Shown here one piece after another: positions 14,422 to 27,999 of a stretch of 64,000 bases of DNA (positions within the stretch are counted from its first letter, which is position 1; each line of letters begins with the position of its first letter). The DNA lies in the NCBI GenBank assembly GCA_964016885.1, contig OZ024750.1:7192001-7256000 (forward strand), written 5' to 3'. This DNA comes from Eledone cirrhosa (taxonomy: Eukaryota). The notes beneath the pieces are model-generated. The model was not told where the DNA came from. It made no database searches and was given only the letters and a program-made list of their open reading frames with translations. A program made the translations under genes and the position numbers.

Positions 14422-15064
14422 TTTATTTAATTACATAATAAACAACACAATATAATTATTCCATTACCAAAAGTTTCAGGAGACTAGACGATCCTTACAG
14501 AAATGTCCAGTTCGTTCATCAGATGAAATAGTTTCTGATGAAAGAACCGGACGTTTCTGTAAGGATCATCTAGTCTATAAGGTACTAAGCTTCACGCATT
14601 GATCTGTGGAGTATTGATTATGCATGACATAAACAAACGTCACTACTTGCTAATATGCATTTACTCTACTATAACATAACCATTACATTATATATAATTT
14701 ACCTATTTTAAACAATTTTATAATTTGTTTATTTAAGAAAAAAAAATCTTAAATTTGGAATAAAATTAAATTTTTCCAGGATATTTAATAATTTCAAATA
14801 TTTAAAAATATGAAATTCCTCTAAAAGATAACAACTAATTTAACCTCATTATATATTTTCAGCTCAGATAATTCTGTAATTCTGAATTTGAAAGCAAAAT
14901 ATATAACTTGAAACATGTTTAATTATCTGAATGTGACCTGAGAATTTTTGGTGAAGAATCTGAAGTCTGAGCAACTAAGTTATACTGACAATTCTGCAGT
15001 TAATTCCAAGCTCCTAGGATACAGTTTACAAATATATATATATTAGGATAGAACTAGTTAGATC

Positions 15065-15095
<31 letters not shown>

Positions 15096-18000
15096 TTATG
15101 TACATATTTGTATGTATGTATGTAGGTATATATATATATGTGTGTGTGTGTATGCCTGTGTGTGAGTGGCTCCAGGCAGGAAATGTGGTACTAATATCTA
15201 ATGGAATTTCCTACACGAGGAGAAAGGATGATTAAATAAGATTAATTTGCTTGATATTTCATTTGAAGTGTTGATGGCTAGTAATTGGATGAGACGAGGA
15301 GTGAGAGGGAATAGCCAAAGAAATAAACATGGTTTTGGGAAGAAAGATGCCTAAAGAGTGATGTAATGGCAGCAATAATAAAACAACATATGATGGAGTG
15401 TGTGATATTTAGTAATGTGATAGTATAAAGATGTTTGGGTGAACAGAGCTTATTATAAAGATAACTATCCTTAAACAAGACCTGAATAAGCTCGATTCCG
15501 CAGGCACTGCTAGAGTCCTCAATAATCAGTTTATGGGACTAGAGTTGTTCCAAATGGGATAGTGTAAAAATATTTGATGGACAGAGCTTGTTATAAAGAT
15601 TATAGCACTGAGATCTGGATCATCCTTAAACAAGACCTGAATAAGCTCGATACCACAGGCACTGCTAGAGTCCTCAATAATCAGTTTATGGGACTAGAGT
15701 TGTTCCAAATGGGATAGTGTAAAAATATTTGATGGACAGAGCTTGTTATAAAGATTATAGCACTGAGATCTGGATCATCCTTAAACAAGACCTGAATAAG
15801 CTCGATTCCGCAGGCACTGCTAGAGTCCTCAATAATCAGTTTATGGGACTAGAGTTGTTCCAAATGGGATAGTGTAAAAATATTTGATGGACAGAGCTTG
15901 TTATAAAGATTATAGCACTGAGATCTGGATCATCCTTAAACAAGACCTGAATAAGCTCGATTCCGCAGGCACTGCTAGAGTCCTCAATAATCAGTTTATG
16001 GGACTAGAGTTGTTCCAAATGGGATAGTGTAAAAATATTTGATGGACAGAGCTTGTTATAAAGATTATAGCACTGAGATCTGGATCATCCTTAAACAAGA
16101 CCTGAATAAGCTCGATTCCGCAGGCACTGCTAGAGTCCTCAATAATCAGTTTATGGGACTAGAGTTGTTCCAAATGGGATAGTGTAAAAATATTTGATGG
16201 ACAGAGCTTGTTATAAAGATTATAGCACTGAGATCTGGATCATCCTTAAACAAGACCTGAATAAGCTCGATACCACAGGCACTGCTAGAGTCCTCAATAA
16301 TCAGTTTATGGGACTAGAGTTGTTCCAAATGGGATAGTGTAAAAATATTTGATGGACAGAGCTTGTTATAAAGATTATAGCACTGAGATCTGGATCATCC
16401 TTAAACAAGACCTGAATAAGCTCGATACCACAGGCACTGCTAGAGTCCTCAATAATCAGTTTATGGGACTAGAGTTGTTCCAAATGGGATAGTGTAAAAA
16501 TATTTGATGGACAGAGCTTGTTATAAAGATTATAGCACTGAGATCTGGATCATCCTTAAACAAGACCTGAATAAGCTCGATTCCGCAGGCACTGCTAGAG
16601 TCCTCAATAATCAGTTTATGGGACTAGAGTTGTTCCAAATGGGATAGTGTAAAAATATTTGATGGACAGAGCTTGTTATAAAGATTATAGCACTGAGATC
16701 TGGATCATCCTTAAACAAGACCTGAATAAGCTCGATACCACAGGCACTGCTAGAGTTCTCAATAATCAGTTTATGGGACTAGAGTTGTTCCAAATGGGAT
16801 AGTGTAAAAATATTTGATGGACAGAGCTTGTTATAAAGATTATAGCACTGAGATCTGGATCATCCTTAAACAAGACCTGAATAAGCTCGATACCACAGGC
16901 ACTGCTAGAGTCCTCAATAATCAGTTTATGGGACTAGAGTTGTTCCAAATGTAATGTCTTCATCAGATCCTTGGTGTCTCTCTATGCAACTGAATCTCAA
17001 ACAACATCTAAGAATAATGCCAGCAGCAGCCGACCATTGAAGACCAGGCTACAGTGGTTTGGCCACACCTGCAGGATGAGAACCAAAAAACTACCACACC
17101 AACTTTTGTCATGACAACGACCCATGTATTGGAGAATCCAGTGTAGCGCACCAAAGAAGACATAGATGAAACAAATCGAAGAGGACCTGAAATCACAGCG
17201 CCATGACCTCAACCATGCTAAGGTCAGCACCATGGATAGAAAAGCATGGAATAACATCATCATTGGAGTCATTCATTCAGTGGCACCCAGAGCAGTGTTT
17301 TGGTTGAGAGGACAGCCTTCCCCAATCACCAGCTAGAGATCGAAGAAGAAGAAGAAGAAGAAGTAGAAGGAGAAGAAGAAAATAGAAGATTTAAAGAGAA
17401 ATCTTTCTGGTATATTGAGGATTGTAGATGTGGTTACGCTGGGAATCAATAAACAATTTAGGATGTTTGCAACTGTGGAGAATGGAGAATTTCAGATATT
17501 GGAACAATATTTTTTATGCTAGGTTGAACTTAAACAGAAGTTGCTTGAGGACAAAAGTAATTCTTATATGTGCAGAAATTAAATTTATTTAATTGTATTT
17601 TTGACTTGGTATTTATTATATTACAATATTCCAAATTATTTTATTTTACAAGGTACCATCACTAAATAGAATTTAAATTTCCTTCAACATTGTTTCGATA
17701 GACAGTCATTTTTTCTTTTAAAAATTTAGCATGGTTTGTCTAAACTGTTTACAACATCCTTTTTCCTATAATATAATAATATATTATTAATGAAATAAAA
17801 AAGTATGAGTAAATCCTATCACTAAAGCTTGTTATTTTTAGATTGTTACTTTCACAAGTCTTAAACCTGACATTTATCAGTGTCAGTTTCGAGTAATAGT
17901 GATAGCTATTGAAAGAAAGCCTACATCATCTTATAAGCAATTATATTTACAACGAAAACAACTTTTTATTTTATGATATTAATGTAATGCAGGATTGCAA

Positions 18001-18401
18001 AGAAACTAATGGCTTCTTATAGACTTCAGATTATAGTTTACTTTAATCATTTTTAATTATAAAACAGATGTTCTGTAATTTCGGTATGTTTACATAAAAT
18101 ATAGCAATTAATATATCTTTGAAGGTTCAAAATCTAAGCTCGGTCACCTGCCACCTTAATAAATTGAGACTGTAATACACTAAATACTCTCGGGTCTCAA
18201 ATAATAAGGGAAGGGGGTTGGAAAATCGGTAATTTTTTAAAGGTGTCTCCCTGGATTTTTTTTTTTAAAACCAGAATTAGTTGTTTAGTTTACATTAGTA
18301 TATTATAAAAGTCAGTTGCCAAACCGTGGAATGGAACTTGAAACCATGTGGTTGCAAAGTAGACTTCTTAACCACACAACCATGTCTGAACACACACACT
18401 C

Positions 18402-18436
<35 letters not shown>

Positions 18437-18562
18437 AGAGAGAGAGAGAGAGAGAGAGTGTGTGTGTGTACCATAGTATCTGAGGAAGAAGAATATCTTA
18501 CAATTTACTAACAAGCTGTGAAAAATGTCAAGATAACACACATCACAATAAACTGACGATTT

Positions 18563-18601
<39 letters not shown>

Positions 18602-21600
18602 TTACACACATATATATATGAGCTGGTGGGGGAGTAGGAGAGAGAGAGAAAAATGGATATAGATACAGAATCATATATATATATATATATGTGTGTGTGT
18701 GAGAGAGAGAGTATATATATATATATATATATATAAACACATGCAATTGTTTACATTGGTTTATCTTTTAAAAGGAAAACTAAGAATAAAACAAAGAAAG
18801 TGTTTGAAGAAAAGTAAATAAGAAATTTAACAAAGTTAAAAAAAGAAAAAAAATGACAGGAGATAATAGCAGAGAATATGTATACATAGTATATAGTTCT
18901 GTTTGTATATATATATATAAAGTGTATAAATAAAGTGTATAGTTGTGTTGTGTTTGTGATATATATATATTGTGTTGTGTTTGTGTTTATATATATATAG
19001 TTTATAGTTTAGTTGTGTTTGTACATATATATATATAGTATATAGTTGTGTTTGTGTGTGTGTGTATATATATATATAGTATATAGTTGTATTTGTATAT
19101 ATATATATATAGTATATAGTTGTGTTTGTGTGTGTGTATGTGTGTATATATATATATAGTATATAGTTGTATTTGTATATATATATATATATAGTATATA
19201 GTTGTGTTTGTATATATATGTATATTATAAAGTTGTTTTTGTGTACAAATAATATACAGATACAGTTGTTGTGTGTATATATGCATGATATAAGAATTTA
19301 GAATAATAATTCAGCTACTGTGAAGCCATAAAAGAGAGAAGTCATGTTTATTAAAGCAAAGAGTAAGAGTTTATTATGAGAAATAAAGTGAATTTTGTCA
19401 GACAAAGAGAAACAGACACTTCACTTCACATTGCTCCAGTACACCTAGTTACACATAGACAGATACATACATACACATATATACGCATATATGTACACAG
19501 ATAGAAATAAGAGGTAGACAGAGTGATAGATCTAAAGAGAGGGGGAAGGATGAGGAGAAGGAAGAGGAGAATGAAGAGGAGAATGAAGAGGAGAAGGAAG
19601 AGGAGAAGGAAGAGAAGGAGGAGGAAGAGAAGGAGGAGGAAGAGAAGGAGGAGGAAGATAACAGTAAAAGATTATCTACATTAGTTAATATTGAACTGAA
19701 AATAAAGCAAGTCTTCGTATTGTTAAGAAAAACAGATTCCAAGCTGGTTATAATTCTACTGCAATGCTATTTATTTTAAAATATATATATTTTTTTAAAA
19801 TGTTTCTACGAAGAGAAATTTTTAAACAATAATTTACAAGTCATTGCTACAGTCATTGCTGTTGTTGTCGGTCATTGATGGCTTCAGTATCACCATTATT
19901 ATATGTTAGCTGTAGTGTACAGGGGTAGAAGATTGCACTGGTATGGATATATAATTGTTTCTATTTTAGGCACAAGGCCAGCAATTACCCAGTGCATTAC
20001 TGGTACTTTGTTTTATCGACCCCGGAAGGATGAAAGGCAAAGTTAACCTCGGCAGGATTTGAACTCAGATCGTAAAGGGACGTAACTATGCTGGAAAAGC
20101 ATGTCTGACCCTCTACCGATACTGCCATGGATATATAATGCATTTGAATGATGACTGTTGGGTGAAAACATTGCCTTACACTTTCCCTAATAGATGTACA
20201 AAACAAAGAGGCAGGGACATTCTATGATGAGAGAAAGAGAGAGACAAGTGGACTCAATAAAAATGCCAGCTGTGCAGGGTTGCATGTTGTGTTCTTGAGC
20301 AAAACACTTCATTTCACACTGCTCCAGTATACTTAGTTGAAAATGAGTTCTAGCAATAACTGGGGGTTTAACCCTGCGATGGACTGGTATCCTATCCTGG
20401 GGGAAATCTTGTACTCTCAGTCGCTTCACACAATGAAACCAAGATAAGCACTGGCTTAACAAGCCTTCTGGCTTGAGACAGACTTAGGTTATGAAAGCTA
20501 CAGAAATAGTTATATCACAATTTATTAAGAACAGAATTAGCCTAGCTGGGATATCCTTATCAACATCTAATTTTAGTTTCTTTATACTTGCACAAGTTAG
20601 AAGACTCTGCTTGCTTTTATAAACAGAATTAAATCAAGATTTATGTTAAGGACTTGATCATATTATAAACAGTATTATATAAACACTGGAATAGCTATTT
20701 ATGCAAATAGGTATATTTACTTTGAAGCTACAGGATTTTCTCTTACTTTGATGCCATAATATCAAAGAAACACAAGTTTCTTTCAAATCCCTGTTATTTA
20801 TAGTCTTGACATAAGCTGTGATGCAGTTATATAATTTTAAAATTATCAAAGGAAAGGAAATATTCCTGATCATCGTTATCGTTATTTTATGTCTGCTTTT
20901 CTATGCTGATATGGGTTGACACTGAAGAGTCAATGGCTATCCACTCCAACTATGGGTTAAATAGTTTCACAAACCTGCAATTGGCCAAGCGTGGTGAGTA
21001 GAGATACACCCGTGACATGACCAAAACCAAACAGAAAATAGTGGAGGGCAAAACCAGGAAGGGGTTCCTTCAACAGGAGTGAGAAGACCCTGGATTGGAT
21101 TGGATTGGATTTCTTATATATAATGAATGGCTGAAGAATTCAATGGTTATACATGAAAAAGCACAGACACATACATATATACATGTACAGACACACATAC
21201 ATAAAGTTTGAGCAGTAAAGATGCTGCAAATAATACATTTCAGAGTTCAACCAGGTCATTACGGTATCAAATTTGAGGTATCACTGTTTTGAGTTAAACC
21301 TGGTCTTTGGAGTGTCAAATTTGAGGTATCACTGTTTTGAGTTAAACCAGGTCTTTAGGGTGTCAAGTTTAAGTTGTCACTATTTTTAGTTAAACCAGGT
21401 CTTTACAGTATCAAGTTTAATGCATGCATCACTCTTTTGAATTATTAGCTTTTAAACAATCTGGTGTTTGTGTTAGGGTGTAACAAAAATAAAAATAAAA
21501 ATAAAAATAAAAATAAAAATAAAAATAAAAATAAAAATAAAAATAAAAATAAAAATAAAAATAAAAATAAAAATAAAAATAAAAATAAAAATAAAAATAA

Positions 21601-23201
21601 AAATAAAAATAAAAATAAAAATAAAAATAAAAATTTCACTAACATTACAATACATGAATTAAATCTGCAGCTGATTGGAGAAACACCAAAACAAAACAAT
21701 TTATGCAAATATAAATAATATATAAAATTATATACATGAAAAACCAATTCACAGAAGTTTAAGGGAAGAGAGTGAGAAGCGTATATGTGGAACAGAAAGA
21801 AATGTGAAGATAAGGAAGATTGACAGAGAAGAGAAGTGAAATAAGATAAAACCAGAAAGCACCAAGCAAAGATTTTATCCAGAAGTCAATAATTGGAAGC
21901 TGAAAATGAGCAAAAGATTAAGAAAACATTAGATGTTACATAAGCATAGATACCTTAAGAGAAAATAGTTAAAAAAATAATAATTACTAGAAGATAAAAC
22001 TAACCCTCTAGATGGAAATGTAAAGTTGTCTCACAAAGAAACACAGAGAAAAAAACCCAGTAAATATTTATATTGAATATATGAAGAAGTGAATGAAAAT
22101 AGAAGAGGTAGCTAAGAAAAAAAATACTGAGATTAATATCGCTGAAATATCAAATATGTATATATGCAGTTGCATAAATATATGAAGATATACATTCACA
22201 CAGAATGTATGTATATTTCTTATTTTTATATACTTACATAGAAAATATACATATGGCAGAGTTTCACTTATGTAATACAATGGGTTAAAATACTTTGATT
22301 AACCAAGCTTATCTTTGTAATTATACAACAAAAATAAATTCCCTGATTTAAGTCTATATTGCATTAAGACTATATTACATATGTGAGATTTAAATATCTA
22401 TATATATATTGCTTATAAGACAAAAAAACTCCCTGATTTAAGTCTATATTACATTAAGACTATATTACATATGTGAGATTGAAATATCTATATATATATT
22501 GCTTATAAGACAAAAAAACTCCCTGATTTAAGCCTTTCAATAGGCTATATTACATATGTGAGATTTAAATATCTATATATATCGCTTATCGAGGGAGTGT
22601 GATACATGTCTCAGAATATGAGGGCTACATGAAACCAGTGGTAGAGGATACATATCCTGGTTGCCACACATAAACATATTTTCTGACTCAGCCCACTTCT
22701 GCAACAAAACTATATTTTGCATAAATGTTGGTTTGTGTTAACAAACACTAACCATATATTTTAAAATTCTTTTTCTCGTTTTGATTATTCAATTGGAGCC
22801 TTGTTGGGGCACATTACGGTATGCGTATATTGCTACATAAACATTCACAAAATATGCATAAATGAAGACAAGTTGAGCATGTGAGAGCCAGAAAAGCAAC
22901 GGTGAGGAACATGGAGTGAAACACGAGAGAGTGAGAGATAGGGAGAATGTGAGAGAGAGAGAGAGAGAAAGTGAGTGAATGAGTGAGAGAATGTTTGAGA
23001 TATATAGTAGTAGTTATAAGTCTATTGAATACCTATTTGATTGTCTGCGTGCGCCACTTCAGACCTTCTTTGTATTGCTGAAGGGAAAGAGTAATAAAGC
23101 AGTTTAGATGAGGACATAACACAACCCTAAAATAAAGACAAAATAATATATGTATATATGTGTGTATATATATACATACATAAATACATATACACACACA
23201 T

Positions 23202-23277
<76 letters not shown>

Positions 23278-24452
23278 CATTATATATATATATATATATA
23301 TATAAATATGTGTGTGTGTATACACATATATACACACACATTATATATATATATAGTTTCAGATGATCCTGCTTAGGGTGAAAGCAAAAATTCATTGCTT
23401 AAACTTTTAATCTGTTCTAATAAAAAATATATATATTTAGTTTAGTAATTTGAAGATATACACACATACACATATATTGCATAGAGATATATTTAGACAT
23501 ATATGCTCACATATACACACATACATATATATATACATATTTATGCATATATGCATACATATAAACACATACACATATCATATATACATATATTTATGCA
23601 TATATGCACACATACACATGCATATATATATTTATGCATATATGCATATATATATACACTTATTTATACATATATGCACACAAATATACACACATACATA
23701 TATATTATACCAATGAGAGGTAAATATCCTTTGGCATACCGTGTTAATCTGTGGTAAATCACATTCTGTCATCATCTCTAATCTAATTCGTACAGTTAGG
23801 TGAAATAAGGCGGCATTCAGAATTAGATATTTCTACCTAAAGACATATAAAACACCTTGGGGAGATATTATCTTACAACAAATATGCTGGTGGCAATCCA
23901 ATCCTTTATTTCATTAAATTATATCAAGGTATATATTGATAGGGCATACATCACTTCTTAAAAATCTAAGAAACTGTACATAAAAAATTTAGTTTATAAT
24001 GATAATTTTATGTAAGAACTTTTGTTAAGTTAATTTAATATGCTGGTTAAGATCTGTATATGAATGTAACATATGGTGTGGTAAATAAATAAATATATAT
24101 ATGTATAGAGGTAGAACACTGGAAGGTAATATCAGTAGTGGTAGAGCACTCAGTCCATGGGACGAGTTTGATAGAAGTAGTGACACAACAGTTAGTTCAC
24201 CATACCGAGAACAATTGTTTCACCTTATGTGGATCTTCAGCTCAGACCAGTCCAAGCTGAAGATCTGCATAAGGTGAAACAATTGTTCTCAGTATGGTGA
24301 ACTAACTGTTGTGTTACTACTTATATATCATCATCATCATCATCATTTTACGTCCACTTTTCCCTGCTTGCAAGGGTGGGATGGGTCTTATTCAGCACAG
24401 CATCTCTCCACTCGTCACGGTCCTTCGTCATCTCCACCGTGAGCTTCAATGA

Positions 24453-24500
<48 letters not shown>

Positions 24501-26387
24501 AAGGAATTGTGGTAAGGAACCAGATGGACCATAATGCACCAGAGTACTCAAAAAAAAGGGTAATAGAGTGGGAAATAGGAAAAAGTATGACCCCGACGGC
24601 AGAGCTCAAGCTGCTTCAACGGCTATTTATGGACTAGCCGTCGAAACAGCTTGAGCTCTGCCGTTGGGGTCATATTTTTTCCTATATATATATATGTATG
24701 TATATATATATTTATATATATATATATATACACCAGGTCTGAACACAAAGGAACCAAATTCCCAGTCACTGCCTCCGTCTCTCCCCATTACTCTTACTAT
24801 TATGCAAATGGATGCCCGTGTGCTAGTCGCCCAACAGTCCCGGTGGACTGTAATGATAGCATGACATTATTTCGAAGAAATATTATAGCAAGACTGAAAT
24901 TATTTTCCAATTCCAATGTAGTTTAAATATCTAGTTATATATTTCTCAAATTAATAACAGATAATGAGAAAAATTCTTTGAGTCATACAAAAATTCTTTG
25001 AGTCATACAAAACTTCATTTCAAAAATAAGTTGAACTTAACTCTAAATCTTCGTTTTACTGTTCAAGTAATACGCTGCAGATTTTGTTTTATCGCTATCA
25101 AATAGAAGTTTCTTCCTATAAACTTGCAACTTAGTCGAAACAGCCAAGCAGCAAGTTGTTTCACTTGTTAAATGTTTTACATTGTAATCTTATACTCAGT
25201 TAGTATAACCAGAAGCTATATCTTTATTAAGGTTTATTACTATTTCTCATTGAAGTATGTTACTCACACACGTCTCTACATATAATGTAAGATATATGTT
25301 AAGTATAAATTAGTTAATTTAATATTTCTTAAATATAAACTAACTATTAGCATCTGAAATAAGCATGAAAAAACAAACGAAAAAAACACGCAAAAAAAAC
25401 CAAAAATGGCAACGTCGCAGATTTTAAACCTCTTGTCGAATTAATGCAATGATATGTTAGCATAGTTAACTAACATGTTATCAACTTACAGAGTTTCTGT
25501 TGACTAACATAAATACTAGTGTAGCCTATTTGACTGTTGCTGATGGAAAAAACAACAACAAAACATGCTATAACAGTAATATGAACACACAACACAAACT
25601 TCTGATTGTTATAGCTGTCATATATATATATATATATAATCTATCTAGGGTGGGTAAAATTCCTGAGATCCATGGACGAGTTCTCTCCAGCAGTCTCTGT
25701 CCTTCATCATCACCGCCATGTCCTGCATCTCTCAGAGACAAGTGTCTGTCCTTAGGGCATCAATATATGTCAACCTCACTCTCCCTCTTCTAGTGTGTCC
25801 GTATAGGGGCTCCCACAGGACCACTGAGTGCAGTGTCAACTCTGAATGTCGTTGAGCATGTCCAGCTAACCTCAGTCTCCTCTGTATATGTTACATAGAG
25901 TTTACACTAGGAAATTCTTGTCATCAGTTGTTCACTGGAGATCACAACAATTTCAAAAGCTTTCAGCAATATAACTTTATTAATTCCTAGCTTTAACAAA
26001 TCTTCTGCATTTAAGGTTTCACTATCATATAGCACCATGTTATGTTCACAAACATCATACAATAAGCACTTTACTTTGAGTGAAAAAAGCCATTGTTATC
26101 AGTAGAAATAATAGGTTTTGAATATATTTTCCACCTTGTTCTTATCTTGAATACTATGTTATAAGAACACCCACTTCCACTGTCTGTCAATTCAGTCACA
26201 TATGTAACAAAACTGTATGTGCATATATGTGTGTGTATATAAGCTTATACTTAGAACTACTCAGCATATCTCAAACACTGGCTCTATAACCTCAAATTAT
26301 TTATCGCTAACTACCTTTCATATATATATCATCAGAAAGTATTGAACCACTTACTGTGGTTACCCCCGATTGAACCAGGGATAAACT

Positions 26388-26482
<95 letters not shown>

Positions 26483-26542
26483 GAAATTGAGTTTTGCTTA
26501 TTTCTACCCGCCGAAATACGATTCTCGCTGAATTTATATTTA

Positions 26543-26573
<31 letters not shown>

Positions 26574-26811
26574 CTATCTATATAATTTGTTTATGTTCAT
26601 AAGTGCCAGAAGATTAGGTCACAACTTTGATCCCTCTTACAATCTGGAGATATGGTCAATAATGGGCTTTGAAATCTTAGGTATCGCTTTTGTTCGGTGT
26701 ATGAACATAAATAAATAGTATATCAGTTCTCTTCCCTGATTGAGCACTGTTTTCCTTTTTCCTTTTCCATATCTATGGATATTTTCTACAAACACACACA
26801 CATAAAAACAT

Positions 26812-26869
<58 letters not shown>

Positions 26870-27136
26870 AATGAATAATAACAGGCAGACATCATAAAAA
26901 GGTAATTTATTCCGTGTGCTTACAAGTGTAAACACTTATAAGCACACAGAATAAATTACCTTTTTATGATGTCTACCTGTTATTATTCATTCTTTATATA
27001 CACTCCGGAATACTGAAGGATCAGGAACTAAGTTTCTTGAACAATTCTTCCATAACTCGTAGAGTAACCTCTTACCGTACGTCAACCATATCCAGTGTAG
27101 TAATTAACCATTACTACATCTTGGATAATCCTATAC

Positions 27137-27183
<47 letters not shown>

Positions 27184-27311
27184 CAAAGAAAGTGTGGTAA
27201 GATACCAGGTGGACCATGACACACCAGACTACTTGATACTTTGGGTAGTAGAGTGGGTAATAGGATCTAGCTGTCGAAACACCCAGAGCTCAGCCGTTGG
27301 GGTCCTGACTC

Positions 27312-27349
<38 letters not shown>

Positions 27350-27966
27350 TCATCATCATCATCATCATCATATATATATATATATAAATATGAAATAGAA
27401 GGCAACCACAAAGTTTGTGCCCACCACAATATTAATAGAATTAGGTAGGTTTTGCAGAACTTGACATATTAATAGTGTAACTGAAACAGCATCCTCAACA
27501 ACTAATAGTGTATGGTATACTATGGTGGAAATGGTACACTGTGTTGGTAAACAAATACCTTTTTAGTTATATTATTTTTTGTATAATATAATTTTGATAA
27601 AATGATGTTGAATCAATAAGCCAGTGATTCTACTTATATTTTCTATGCATTATTGAATATAATATATCCTACTTGACAAGTCATCCACTGGCAAGCTGGT
27701 GGTATCTTCTGTTACTAATACTTAAGTATGTTTAATATTATTATTTTTGTTGTTATAGATATGTAAAAAAAAAAGAAACTATGATATATTGATTACTCTG
27801 TAACTAAAGCAGAAGTTTGAAACAAAACTATGTCATATAACATGTTTATTTGTATGGGAACATGTTTTAACTATGTCAGTAGAGAAACATATCATCACCA
27901 TCGTCATAAATATCATCATCATCGACATCATCATCATCATCAGCATGATCACTACCACCATCTTAC

Positions 27967-27999
<33 letters not shown>

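Noticed and set aside
15416-16951. Regular repeat array that might suggest CRISPR
   Set aside because: The 155-bp units are contiguous with no unique spacers, the context is eukaryotic and there are no cas genes.
21644-21670. Good acceptor (tttctccaatcag) in the linker region
   Set aside because: The available donors give frameshifts or an in-frame TAA. The same problem applies to the acceptors at ~19695, ~19317 and ~10256.
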